Origin: Pseudomonadota bacterium
Lineage (GTDB): Bacteria > Bdellovibrionota > Bdellovibrionia > Bdellovibrionales > Bdellovibrionaceae
DNA length: 64,000 nucleotides
Assembly: GCA_041178425.1 (NCBI GenBank)
Contig: JBEGVH010000020.1
Span: 32,001-96,000, forward strand
Direction: 5' to 3'
Below, piece after piece: positions 29,402-39,316 of this stretch. Under the pieces are notes generated by a model. It ran no database searches. It was not told the DNA's origin and saw nothing but the letters and a program-made list of their open reading frames with translations. Position numbers and translations under genes: made by a program. Each line of letters starts with the position of its first letter. Positions within the stretch are counted from its first letter, which is position 1.

Positions 29402-30444
29402 AGTCCCCCAAGTGAATGAAACTTCATGCGGTCACGAACCTCTTTGAGAGTTTTCTGAGCTTCGCTTCGCGCCTGGGCGCATCCCGCGTTTATGATTGAA
29501 TCAAGCTGTTTTGGATTATTCAACAACTCTTTTCTTCTTTCTCGGGCAGGAGCGATCAAGTGATTGATATTCTCAAAAAGCTTTGCTTTGCAGTCCCCGC
29601 AGCCGATTCCGGCCGATCGACAACCCACCGTAACCCAGGCTCGATCTTCTTCGGTGGAAAATAATTTATGATAGTTAAAGAGGTTGCAGCGATCAGGTTC
29701 ACCTGGGTCTTCTCGGCGAATTCGCTGAGTGTCAGTAATCATTGCGTTCACTTTTTTCTTGAGGTCTTTTTCCTCTTCCGAAAGTAACACTGAGTTATTA
29801 TACGACTTCGACATCTTTCGACCATCAAGGCCGGGAACTAGAGGCGTTTCTGTGAGAAGCGGCTGCGGCTCGGGCAAACGAGCTTTATAGAGATGATTGA
29901 AACGGCGAATAATTTCGCGCGTCAATTCTAGGTGCGAAACTTGATCCGCCCCCACTGGCACCAGCGACGCACGATACATTGCCACGTCGGCCGCCTGCAA
30001 AACAGGATAAGCAAAACGACCGAGATTGTGCGTATCGGTTTGTTTGGCCTCTTCAATCGCGTCTTTCCAGGTGGGAACCCTCTCCAACCACCCCATCGGA
30101 GTGAGATTGGCAAAAATCATAAAAAGCTCTAAGTGCTCAGGCACCCGACTCTGAATAAAAATGACTGATTTTTCTGGATTCAATCCCCAAGCTATCCAAT
30201 CAGCCAGCATATCGCGCATCCAAGGATCAACCTCTTTTGTCGTTTTGTAGGCCGACGTCATTCCGTGCCAATCCATCATTCCAAAATAACAAGGATGCTC
30301 TTCTTGAAGTTTAAGCCAATTTTTTAACGCACCAAAATAATGGCCAATATGAAGAGTCCCCGTTACACGCATCCCGCTCATCACGCGGCGTGGGGGCTTC
30401 GGAGCCTCTGGGGCGGATTTGGAATTTTGATCTAAAGCATCCAT
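29392..30444 (-). CDS. trpS: Tryptophan--tRNA ligase
   Basis: HIGH and KMSKS motifs, YPVLQAAD, VPVGADQ. Confidence 0.96.
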   Translation of the reverse strand: MDALDQNSKSAPEAPKPPRRVMSGMRVTGTLHIGHYFGALKNWLKLQEEHPCYFGMMDWHGMTSAYKTTKEVDPWMRDMLADWIAWGLNPEKSVIFIQSRVPEHLELFMIFANLTPMGWLERVPTWKDAIEEAKQTDTHNLGRFAYPVLQAADVAMYRASLVPVGADQVSHLELTREIIRRFNHLYKARLPEPQPLLTETPLVPGLDGRKMSKSYNNSVLLSEEEKDLKKKVNAMITDTQRIRREDPGEPDRCNLFNYHKLFSTEEDRAWVTVGCRSAGIGCGDCKAKLFENINHLIAPARERRKELLNNPKQLDSIINAGCAQARSEAQKTLKEVRDRMKFHSLGGLWF

Positions 30445-31097
30445 AGGGCTCCCGATAAATCTAAGAGTAAGTTAAAGAGAAATTGAATTGGAGCTTGAAA
30501 AATAAAAGCCATTCGCGTCTGCAACATGATCATCAACATGATAAACAACATGAATTGATTCTCTTCTAGCCAACGATCCCAGGCGTCCGGAATAAAACGG
30601 GCTATTATTTTACCCCCATCGAGAGGGTGCAAAGGGAGTGCATTGAAAACGGCCAAGCTAAGGTTAGTAAAAATAAAAATTTGACCCAAATCGGAGAGTG
30701 TTTTTCTCATAGGGGAACCACCGAAGTACTTGGCAACAAACCCCAAGAGAATGGCCATTACAAATGCGAGCAAAATATTTGACGCAGGCCCTGCCAAAGC
30801 AATCCAAAAAAGATCTTTTTTAGGATTCTTCAGGTTGCGCTCGTTAATAGGAACGGGATTAGCCCAACCAAAAAAGAAGCCCGTGATAACTCCGATGATT
30901 GGAAAGATCACCGTGCCAAGCAAATCCCCATGAGCAAAGGGATTGAGAGTAATTCGACCTGCCAATTCGGCCGTCCGATCACCTTTCCATTTGGCCATTA
31001 ATCCATGCGCCAATTCATGAAAACAGATCGAGAAAAGAAAGATTGGAAAGAAAGCTGCCACTTTCGTAATCATAAACTGAAGATCCATACCCTGCAT
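30432..31097 (-). CDS. Site-2 protease (M50) family protein
   Basis: HELAH, AGPASN, FNALPLHPLDGGKI. Confidence 0.92.
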   Translation of the reverse strand: MQGMDLQFMITKVAAFFPIFLFSICFHELAHGLMAKWKGDRTAELAGRITLNPFAHGDLLGTVIFPIIGVITGFFFGWANPVPINERNLKNPKKDLFWIALAGPASNILLAFVMAILLGFVAKYFGGSPMRKTLSDLGQIFIFTNLSLAVFNALPLHPLDGGKIIARFIPDAWDRWLEENQFMLFIMLMIMLQTRMAFIFQAPIQFLFNLLLDLSGALWML

Positions 31098-31269
31098 GAA
31101 CAGTCCCCTCTTCGTCTCGCAGTCACTTCTTCAAACGGTATTTTGTTGAATCAGTGCAAACCTTATTTTAGAAAAAATGTGTGTTTAAACCTTTTTCGAC
31201 CTAAATTTAATCGAAAAGCACGAAAGAGGCCTTAAAAACTTAATAACAACCTTATAATAAGGAGAAACT

Positions 31270-32424
31270 ATGGAGCACCGCCCCGCTTTAACAATGTTGA
31301 GTGAAGATGAAGTGGCTTTTAAAGAAGCAGTTCGTTCTTTTGCCGAAGCCGAAATCAAACCTTTGGTTTCTAAAATGGACGAAGAAGCTGCGATGAGCCC
31401 TGATGTTGTAAAAAAGCTTTTTGAAATGGGCCTTATGGGAATCGAAACTCCCGAAGCTTACGGCGGTGCAGGAAGTACCTTCACAATGGCCTGTTTGGCC
31501 GTTGAAGAGATTGGCCGTATCGATGGTTCTGTGAGCGTTCTTCTTGATGTGCAAAACACCTTGGTTACCAACGCCTTTTTAAAATGGGGTAACGAAGATC
31601 AAAAGAAAAAGTATTTACCAAAAATGGCAACGGAATGGGTTGGCGCCTATGCTCTTTCTGAAAGCTCGAGCGGTTCTGATGCTTTTGCCCTTAAACTAAA
31701 GGCCGAACTGAAAGGCGACAAATACGTTTTAAATGGCAACAAGCTTTGGATCACCAATGGTAAAGAAGCCAATATTTTTATCGTTTTTGCTAATGTTGAT
31801 TTTGGCAAAGGCTACAAAGGAATCACAGCGTTTCTCGTAGAGAAATCATTCCCTGGTTTCAAAGTCGGTAAAAAAGAAGACAAACTCGGTATCCGCGCAA
31901 GCTCAACTTGCGAATTACTTTTTGAAAACTGCGAAGTGCCAGTTGCTAATGTTCTTGGCGAAGTAGGCAAAGGCTACAAAATTGCCATCGAAACTCTTAA
32001 CGAAGGCCGTATTGGTATTGGCGCGCAAATGGTGGGAATCGCTCAAGGCGCTTACGAAGCCGCTCTTGGTTACGTAAAATCTCGCGAACAGTTTGGCAAA
32101 CCCATCGCCCACTTCCAAGGAATCCAATTTCAGTTAGCCGAAATGCGTACGCAACTTGAAGCCGCTCGCTTGATGGTTTACAACGCCGCACGCCTCAAAG
32201 ACGCTGGCCAAGATTTTATCGAATCAGCAGCGATGGCAAAACTATTCTCTTCAAAAGCCGCAGAGAAAATCACATCAATGGCCATCGACTTGTTTGGTGG
32301 TAATGGTTTCACTCGTGAATACCCAGTCGAGAAGTTCTGGAGAGATGCAAAGATTGGTCAGATCTACGAAGGTACCACTAATATGCAAATGCAAACCATT
32401 GCTAAAATGGAATTGGGATCGTAG
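31270..32424 (+). CDS. Short/branched-chain acyl-CoA dehydrogenase
   Basis: ALSESSSGSDA, KLWITNG, KLGIRASST, REQFGKPI, IYEGT. Confidence 0.94.
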   Translation: MEHRPALTMLSEDEVAFKEAVRSFAEAEIKPLVSKMDEEAAMSPDVVKKLFEMGLMGIETPEAYGGAGSTFTMACLAVEEIGRIDGSVSVLLDVQNTLVTNAFLKWGNEDQKKKYLPKMATEWVGAYALSESSSGSDAFALKLKAELKGDKYVLNGNKLWITNGKEANIFIVFANVDFGKGYKGITAFLVEKSFPGFKVGKKEDKLGIRASSTCELLFENCEVPVANVLGEVGKGYKIAIETLNEGRIGIGAQMVGIAQGAYEAALGYVKSREQFGKPIAHFQGIQFQLAEMRTQLEAARLMVYNAARLKDAGQDFIESAAMAKLFSSKAAEKITSMAIDLFGGNGFTREYPVEKFWRDAKIGQIYEGTTNMQMQTIAKMELGS

Positions 32425-32459
32425 GCGCGATAAAGCAAACCTGGGTGCTCGATCGGAAG

Positions 32460-32589
32460 GGCGCCGAAGGGATTGGCCCGAAGGGATTCGTAAACGTTCA
32501 GACAAGCGGTGCTCGCTTTTAGGCAAAGCCAAAAAGCTCCGCTCCGAACTCACTTTTCCGAATCCCTTCGGGCCAACCCCTTCGGCGCC
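32460..32589. repeat. Long palindromic element (31-bp arms, nested hairpin); REP/MITE-like, may also terminate transcription
   Basis: Arms 32460-32490 and 32559-32589 are complementary with 1 mismatch, followed by a T-run. Confidence 0.7.
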
Positions 32590-32673
32590 TTTTTTGTTTT
32601 AAGCAGGAATTTTTAAAAATTAAAAAAGAGTTTTTTAGTTGTGTGGTAAGCGCGTTTGATCAATGCTTTTGGT

Positions 32674-33207
32674 ATGAATGCTTTGAGTTTAACGATGAAG
32701 GCTCTCGATTTTGCGGCAAGAAAACACCGTGATCAGCGGCGCAAAGATCATCATTCGTCACCCTATATTAATCATCCGATTGCTTTGGCCCAAATTCTTG
32801 TGAATGAAGCTAATATCGATGATGAGGTTGTTATTGCGGCGGCCATTCTCCACGATACCATCGAAGACACCGACACCTCCCCTGAAGAAATCGAAGTGCA
32901 CTTTGGGGCTCATATTCGATCGATCGTTGAAGAGGTCACTGACGATATGACCCTCCCAAAGATGGAACGCCGAGCCCTACAAGTCGAACATGCGGCTCAC
33001 CTTTCAAAAGAAGCGGCCCTCGTCAAACTCGCCGACAAAATCGCCAACCTACGCGATGTACGACACTCTCCCCCACTCCGCTGGACTCCCGATCGCAAAC
33101 AAGAGTATCGCGAGTGGGCCCAACGGGTGATCGAAAACATCATCAATCCGCATCCAAAATTGCTCGTGCTTTTTAGCGCCGAGATCAGCTCTTCCTCCAA
33201 CACCTGA
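32674..33207 (+). CDS. Stand-alone HD-domain (p)ppGpp hydrolase-like protein (Mesh1/SAH type)
   Basis: HRDQRRK...PYINHP, AAILHDTIEDT, VKLADKIANLRD. Confidence 0.88.
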   Translation: MNALSLTMKALDFAARKHRDQRRKDHHSSPYINHPIALAQILVNEANIDDEVVIAAAILHDTIEDTDTSPEEIEVHFGAHIRSIVEEVTDDMTLPKMERRALQVEHAAHLSKEAALVKLADKIANLRDVRHSPPLRWTPDRKQEYREWAQRVIENIINPHPKLLVLFSAEISSSSNT

Positions 33208-33217
33208 GGAGACGAGC

Positions 33218-33302
33218 CTCTCGCCGGGGCAAGACCAAGGCACCAAGAAATTCGGGACGGCCAATCCTTGGCCTCCGCCGACGTGGCCAGCCCCGGCGAG
33301 AG
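33218..33302. repeat. GC-rich palindromic element
   Basis: Perfect 13-bp arms CTCTCGCCGGGGC / GCCCCGGCGAGAG with inner CCAAGG/CCTTGG. Confidence 0.55.
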
Positions 33303-33517
33303 CATTAAATAAATTTTAGTTGTCGACGAAATGATCATTGCAAGTGGGTCTTCAGATGCTTGAAAAGTATGCACTTTGTCTGCAATTGAATAGTTCTTTT
33401 ACAGTGCCCGTCTCATACTGATAATTCTAAATACGTTTTAGAGGCTGTTCACTTTTTTTTAAAATTTGGCATTTCTTCATTTTGGTGTCTTCGTTAAACT
33501 GTCAGAGTGGGGGCATC

Positions 33518-35032
33518 ATGACGCTATTCAATCGCAATAAACAAATGGGATTTAGCCTTATTGAAATGCTCTTAGTCGTTGCGATTATGGGAATCGTTGC
33601 CGCCGGTTTTTCTCAAATCCTCTGGGATTCTAAAAAGTTTCAAAGTCATATAGAGCTCAAAGGTGAATCCGTTGATTTTAAAAACATGACGGCTCTGACT
33701 CTCAAGAGCTCTGAGACTTGTAAAAAAGCCCTGCATCTCGACGATGATATTGTAAAGTTTCCAAAAACAGCGATTCCTCATTACGATGGCGACACGTTAA
33801 AATGTCCGGCCGGCGATGACAAATGCGAAAAGGCTGTTGGGATTCGTTTAAAAAAACTCGAAATCATGGGCCGCGAAGAATATGATACCAGCTCTTTCTC
33901 TGGTGGTCGTGTGGCCTCTGGCGACGACACCGTTGGTGCTAGAGGAACTAAAATTAATCCACGCCTTTATCTCCACGACCTTCAAATCGAGTTCAAAAAA
34001 CCCCTTGGAGGCACCGGAGAGAATAAAACCACCTATATCACGAGTCTCATGATTCAAATGAACAAGGCTGCTGCGGATGCCTCTATTGGCTCACCAGAGC
34101 TCAGAACACGCCAGCCCGTTATTTTTAAATTAGCCGAAGATGGCAATGACTTTAAAGTGGCCGATTGCTTTCTTGATTCGGGTGATGATCCGCAAGGTCA
34201 ATGTCTTAAATTGGGGGGCCGCTGGCTCGCCAGCTCGAATAATGGTGGTAGTGGGGGAAGTGTATTGGGCATTACGAATGTGTCTTGTCCAAAAACCAAA
34301 CTCGATACGGGTGGCTCTTCTGGGAAGTGTATCTTCAGCAATAATTATCCGCTAGGCCCAAAGGAGCTTCCTGATGGGATCCCCTGCCATGGCAATCAAA
34401 ATGAGTTGAATGAGCGTCCCATAACCTGTTTTTTTAAAGATGGGGTAAAAATTAGTGAAAAAATTTGTCCCGCTCGTGATTCCGCTGATACTCCTGGAAA
34501 AAAGAAGTGCGTCTTCGTCAATGGAGAATGGCAATTTGTCAAACAAACCGGTGGCACCTACAAAAAGCTAAGAGCTTGCGATGAGGGTGTAGAAGTAACT
34601 AAAGCTCCATCAGGCCTTAAAGTTTATGATTGGAACGATAATGGCACTAATCCATTGAATCCCAACGCACTCCCAGATGAGCCCACAATACTCACCGGAG
34701 CTGCCCGCTGCCTGGTAGACATCGAAAGAAATATTTATAAAGAATGCACCAATGCAGACCAAGACGAAGGCGAAGCGGCCAAGATGGAAAAAAAGGCTTG
34801 TTGGTGGATTAATGGAACTGCAAACAACGGAAAGTTAAGCAGTGCTCAAGCAACTGAAGACCTCATTAAGAAACGAATTTCCTACTGTGAAAAAGTTAAC
34901 AAAAATGACCCAACAGAGTGCCCCCCCAAAAATAATTTGGGGAACTACAAGGGCTGGTACTACATCACCGGAAAAAATCAGAGTGGTAAGTATATTGGCA
35001 TCCCTTGCTTCGAAGTAGAGGTGGAACAATAG
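33518..35032 (+). CDS. Prepilin-type N-terminal cleavage protein with large Cys-rich body
   Basis: G|FSLIEMLLVVAIMGIVA class III signal; 18 Cys downstream. Confidence 0.82.
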   Translation: MTLFNRNKQMGFSLIEMLLVVAIMGIVAAGFSQILWDSKKFQSHIELKGESVDFKNMTALTLKSSETCKKALHLDDDIVKFPKTAIPHYDGDTLKCPAGDDKCEKAVGIRLKKLEIMGREEYDTSSFSGGRVASGDDTVGARGTKINPRLYLHDLQIEFKKPLGGTGENKTTYITSLMIQMNKAAADASIGSPELRTRQPVIFKLAEDGNDFKVADCFLDSGDDPQGQCLKLGGRWLASSNNGGSGGSVLGITNVSCPKTKLDTGGSSGKCIFSNNYPLGPKELPDGIPCHGNQNELNERPITCFFKDGVKISEKICPARDSADTPGKKKCVFVNGEWQFVKQTGGTYKKLRACDEGVEVTKAPSGLKVYDWNDNGTNPLNPNALPDEPTILTGAARCLVDIERNIYKECTNADQDEGEAAKMEKKACWWINGTANNGKLSSAQATEDLIKKRISYCEKVNKNDPTECPPKNNLGNYKGWYYITGKNQSGKYIGIPCFEVEVEQ

Positions 35033-35112
35033 ACTACCAAACTAATTAAAAAAAATTCAGGGTGACTTCTTCGTGCTTCCCTAGCTCATATGTGTTAGGG
35101 AATCTCGACAAT

Positions 35113-37317
35113 ATGAAAAGCTTTTCTCGCCCTCTGAACCTCTCAAACAAATCTCTCACCCATCGCATTTTGGTGGCGCTTGGCTTGGGACTATTCATGG
35201 GCGTGTTTCTGGGTGAAAAAGCAGCGACCTTTCAGATTTTAGGAACCATCTACATTGGCCTTATGCAAATGGCCGTACTACCCTACATCATTTTTTCACT
35301 TATTTTGGCCATCGGACGTTTAAATTTTCAGCAAATGAAAAAAATCATTCTGACCAGCGCCGTATTTTTTGTGGGATTTTATCTTGTAGCCGCTACGGTG
35401 GTGGTCATTATTTCTACAAGCTTTCCACCCACCATCACAAGCCACACCTTAGAACTGCCCCCCTTGGTTAACAACGGCCCTGGCGATCTTCTGAATTTAT
35501 TTATTCCTTCAAACCCCTTCAGAGCTCTCGCCGAAAATGCGGTGCCGGCGGTTGTGCTCTTCTCACTTCTATTTGGTTTTGCTGTTATTAACCTTCCCAA
35601 TAAAGACGACCTTCTCAAACCTTTGCAAGTGATTGTTGATGGCCTTAAACAAGTGAATGCCATGGTTCTTCTTCTCACCCCCCTGGGAATTTTTGGAATG
35701 GCGGCAAACCTGGCTGGCACTATGACTCTCGAAGAGCTTCACCGGCTGCAGGCTTATTATTTAACATTCGGGTTTGCGGTTTTACTGTTGAGCTTTGTGG
35801 TGCTTCCGGCTCTCGTCGCCTTATCAACCCCCTTTACCTATCGCGAAGTCATCGCTTCATCTCGAAATGCAATGTTAACTGCCTTTGTTACTGGAAGTGT
35901 GTTTCCCGTAATGCCTCTTCTTTCGGAGGGAACACGAACCCTTCTCGAAAAAATTCCACCCAAGTCAGACAACAATAATAATCCCACCAATATCAACGAT
36001 GTTCTCTTGCCATTAGCCTACCCGTTTCCGAGCAGTAATAATGTTGTTGATCTGCTTTTTATACCCTTTGCCGCTTGGTTTATTGGAAAGACACTTTCGC
36101 TCTTTGATGCCTTTACTATGGTGGGCTCGGGTTTTTTTCTCCTCTTTGGAAAGGTTTATTTAACCATTCCCTTTTTGCTTAATTATTTTCACCTGCCAGA
36201 AAATCTCTTTCAGGTGTTTCTGGGTGCGGGTGTCCTGGCGGCCCGAATGGGTGATTTCTTAGGCCCCATGCACTATTATGCTTTTGTTCTGATTACGGCA
36301 TCGTACCTTCGAGGTTATTTTGAAGTACGCTGGAGACTAGCGATTCCGGTGCTTGTGAGTGTTTTGATTCCAATTGTTATTGGCATTAGTGTTTTGAACT
36401 GGCAAATAAATCGAATCGACGAAAAGGCTACTCAAGCACAAAACATAAATCTCCTGCCCACGCCCACGCTCGAGATCACCGCACCCCTTCAAGAAGTTGA
36501 AGCCAGAGAGAATCCGACTCCGCTTTTGATGGGAGAATCGAGACTACAGAGAATTCTCAGACGTGGCATATTACGTGTCGGTTTTCGAGAGAACCAGCGC
36601 CCTTTCAGTTATAGAGATTCAACAGCACAACTCATCGGCATTGATATCGACTTAATTCATCGTTTAGCCGCCGAGCTGAATGTTTCGATTGAGGTTATAC
36701 CCTTCGAATTAGACCAACTCGCCGAACACTTCAAAAAAGATCACTTTGATGTGGCCATCGCTGGAATTCAAGACTCCATTCAAGTGTATTCGAGCCATAG
36801 AATGTCTGAACCCTATCTTAGCGCGCGAGTCGCCGTGATTACAAAGGACTATCAGCGAGAAAACATTGAAAACCTCGACGGAAACGCCACTCGTCCCGAG
36901 CAACGTTGGAGCGTCGATCAAAACGACATCTGGGCAAAGCGCCTCGCTAAGGTGTTTCCGCAAGCAACAATCATTCCGATGGAAACTATCATTCCCTTTT
37001 TTACCGATGCACGATTAGGCCTTGAGGGCCTCATCACCACTGATATAATTGCGCTCTCATGGATGAAGGTTTTGCCTGGATTTGCGATTCAGTACCCGGA
37101 AAAAATTCAGGAACACGTCACCTATGGTTTTGCTATTGCAGGCCGAGACTCCGATTTGACCGGTTTGATCAATGAATGGATCGAAATCAAAAAACAAGAT
37201 CGAACCATTGAAAAGCTACAATCGCGATGGGTTCGTGGCCAGGACCCAGAAAAGTCTAAGCCTCCGCGATGGTCTATCGCCAGCGATGTCTTGGGCTGGG
37301 ATATCCCCTTTTTATAA
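35113..37317 (+). CDS. Dicarboxylate/amino acid:cation symporter fused to a family-3 solute-binding domain
   Basis: FIPSNPFRALA, TPLGIFGM in the N-terminal TM region; RGILRVG, PFSY, GIDIDL in the C-terminal domain. Confidence 0.82.
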   Translation: MKSFSRPLNLSNKSLTHRILVALGLGLFMGVFLGEKAATFQILGTIYIGLMQMAVLPYIIFSLILAIGRLNFQQMKKIILTSAVFFVGFYLVAATVVVIISTSFPPTITSHTLELPPLVNNGPGDLLNLFIPSNPFRALAENAVPAVVLFSLLFGFAVINLPNKDDLLKPLQVIVDGLKQVNAMVLLLTPLGIFGMAANLAGTMTLEELHRLQAYYLTFGFAVLLLSFVVLPALVALSTPFTYREVIASSRNAMLTAFVTGSVFPVMPLLSEGTRTLLEKIPPKSDNNNNPTNINDVLLPLAYPFPSSNNVVDLLFIPFAAWFIGKTLSLFDAFTMVGSGFFLLFGKVYLTIPFLLNYFHLPENLFQVFLGAGVLAARMGDFLGPMHYYAFVLITASYLRGYFEVRWRLAIPVLVSVLIPIVIGISVLNWQINRIDEKATQAQNINLLPTPTLEITAPLQEVEARENPTPLLMGESRLQRILRRGILRVGFRENQRPFSYRDSTAQLIGIDIDLIHRLAAELNVSIEVIPFELDQLAEHFKKDHFDVAIAGIQDSIQVYSSHRMSEPYLSARVAVITKDYQRENIENLDGNATRPEQRWSVDQNDIWAKRLAKVFPQATIIPMETIIPFFTDARLGLEGLITTDIIALSWMKVLPGFAIQYPEKIQEHVTYGFAIAGRDSDLTGLINEWIEIKKQDRTIEKLQSRWVRGQDPEKSKPPRWSIASDVLGWDIPFL

Positions 37318-37776
37318 AGACCCAAGAACCTGCACCCGTCGGGTGCCATCCGGAAGGACTTGCCAATCAAGGCGTAAATAAAAAAAGTTTTGTGGAATCT
37401 GAGAGTCATCGATGCGATCAATCCACTCAACGGCCATGATCACTTGGTCTTCGTAGAACAGGTCCCAAAAACCGCTGCTCTCAATCTCTTCTTCGGTTTG
37501 CAATCGAAACAAATCTAAATGATGAAGAACCCAATGAGTACTTTCGTATTGCTGATGAATCGCATACGACGGTGAGTTCGCGTCTTGCGATGACATTCCC
37601 AACTCTTGCGCCAAGGCTTTTACAAAATGGGTTTTACCGCTACCCATGTCTCCCTGTAGGCCAATCAAATTACGACTGCTCTTGATGAGAGTTAAAATCT
37701 CTTTTGCCAGAGACTGAGTGTCTTCGAGAGATTTGAGATCTTTGGTAAATAGCATTTTAAGACGAGCGTTTGCCAT
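37312..37776 (-). CDS. tsaE: tRNA t6A biosynthesis ATPase TsaE
   Basis: GDMGSGKT, SPSY, HLDLFRL, VEW. Confidence 0.92.
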   Translation of the reverse strand: MANARLKMLFTKDLKSLEDTQSLAKEILTLIKSSRNLIGLQGDMGSGKTHFVKALAQELGMSSQDANSPSYAIHQQYESTHWVLHHLDLFRLQTEEEIESSGFWDLFYEDQVIMAVEWIDRIDDSQIPQNFFYLRLDWQVLPDGTRRVQVLGSL

Positions 37777-39304
37777 ACAGGCCTTTCAAAACACGGGGCA
37801 AAAGATCTGGCAAGTCCGAAGCCACAAGTGTGAAATCATTCTTCCATTTTTTAACATAAAGATCACCTGCTCGCCCATGGAGATAAACCGCAAAGCGAAG
37901 TGCCTGTTCGAAGGATTGCCCCCTCGCAAGGGCGCCTCCGATCATTCCTGCTAATACGTCACCGGTTCCTGCTTTGGCGAGAACAGGCCCCCCGGCACCA
38001 ATCACGGAGACCTCTCGTTGAGATTCGCAAATCATCGTGCGAAAGCCCTTCAAGATAGGACTTCCACCCAATTGTTCTTTAGCTCTCATGAGCATTTGGA
38101 ATCTATTCTCATTGATTGTATCAACTTTAACGTCGAGAAGTCGCGCCAACTCTCCCGCATGAGGGGTGAGAACCCATGACTTGGGAACCGGATAAAGATT
38201 TTTAATCTTTAGTAATTGAAGGGCATCGGCATCAATAACGACCGGGAGATGAGAAAACTTTTTTAACACATTTTTAATCAAACGTTCACTCTGCTCAGAG
38301 ACACCAAGGCCAGGTCCAATCACAACGGCTGTTGGAGCTTTAATCTTATTTAAAAAATATAACTCTGAATCAAGGATCGCTGACATAATGTGGGGTGGAA
38401 CCGAAACTTTATACCCAGAGGACTGTTGCCACCGCGCCCAAGTCACATATCCTGCCCCCATACGAGCACCTGCAAGAGCGGCGAGGGCTCCAGCCCCTTC
38501 CATTCCCTCAGAACCAGCAATCACCAACAGGTGACCTCGGTTTGACTTATGGTTATTCCAAGATGCTCTTTCGGGGAAATCATTGAGAACTTCTCGAACA
38601 CCTACAAATTTTATTTTGGGACTTAGTTGCCCTACCGCCTCATCTGAAAAACCAATGTTCAGAACTTTAATCCGACCACACACAGAAGGACCATCACCGA
38701 TGAGCATTCCAAGTTTGGCAAAACCCATAGTATAAGTTTGATTCGCAATTACCACTCCCTCGCAAGCGAGCCCCGTGGTGCCATGAAGTCCCGACGGAAT
38801 ATCAATAGCAATGGTTACAGAAGACCGTTGTTGTAAAAACCGTATTGAGCTTTGCCAATTTGAACTGAGAGGGCGCGACAAACCGACACCAAAGGCCGCA
38901 TCCACCATGATATCCCAGATCAATGGGGTTGGGCGGCTTGTGAGAAAATCCAAGCCCTTATCGCCCACCCAAATCACAAAAGGAAACTCTGACAGGAGCT
39001 CGTCCTTCTTTTTTAACCACAATGGTGACGCCCCCTCTTCGGGGCAAACCAAGGTTAACTGAATAGCCTTTGATTGGCGCCTCAGAAGTTCGCGCGCAAT
39101 CACCAAACCATCGCCGCCATTGTTACCGGGTCCGACCAAAACGACTATTTTTTTAAATTGGGGAAAATCTTTTAACAACTGGGAGGCAGCCTTCGAACCA
39201 GCCCTCTCCATCAGTGATTCAGCAGAAACATTTTGGATTGTTTGAGTGAGATGATCGAGCTGCTGCGCTTGTTCGGCGGTCACCAGTTTTCTCATCTCCA
39301 CCAC
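37757..39304 (-). CDS. nnr: Bifunctional NAD(P)HX epimerase/dehydratase
   Basis: GPGNNGGDG, DIPSG, GPGLG, DADAL, TPHAGE, AGTGDVLAG. Confidence 0.93.
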   Translation of the reverse strand: MVEMRKLVTAEQAQQLDHLTQTIQNVSAESLMERAGSKAASQLLKDFPQFKKIVVLVGPGNNGGDGLVIARELLRRQSKAIQLTLVCPEEGASPLWLKKKDELLSEFPFVIWVGDKGLDFLTSRPTPLIWDIMVDAAFGVGLSRPLSSNWQSSIRFLQQRSSVTIAIDIPSGLHGTTGLACEGVVIANQTYTMGFAKLGMLIGDGPSVCGRIKVLNIGFSDEAVGQLSPKIKFVGVREVLNDFPERASWNNHKSNRGHLLVIAGSEGMEGAGALAALAGARMGAGYVTWARWQQSSGYKVSVPPHIMSAILDSELYFLNKIKAPTAVVIGPGLGVSEQSERLIKNVLKKFSHLPVVIDADALQLLKIKNLYPVPKSWVLTPHAGELARLLDVKVDTINENRFQMLMRAKEQLGGSPILKGFRTMICESQREVSVIGAGGPVLAKAGTGDVLAGMIGGALARGQSFEQALRFAVYLHGRAGDLYVKKWKNDFTLVASDLPDLLPRVLKGLYGKRSS

Positions 39305-39316
39305 ACCTAATTAGAT

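Noticed and set aside
32294..32602. Short ORFs across the long palindrome
   Set aside because: Overlap the acyl-CoA dehydrogenase gene and hairpin; no SD or protein-like features.
33218..33302. SRP RNA
   Set aside because: Lacks the conserved CAGG...GGAA...AGCAG domain IV motif on either strand.
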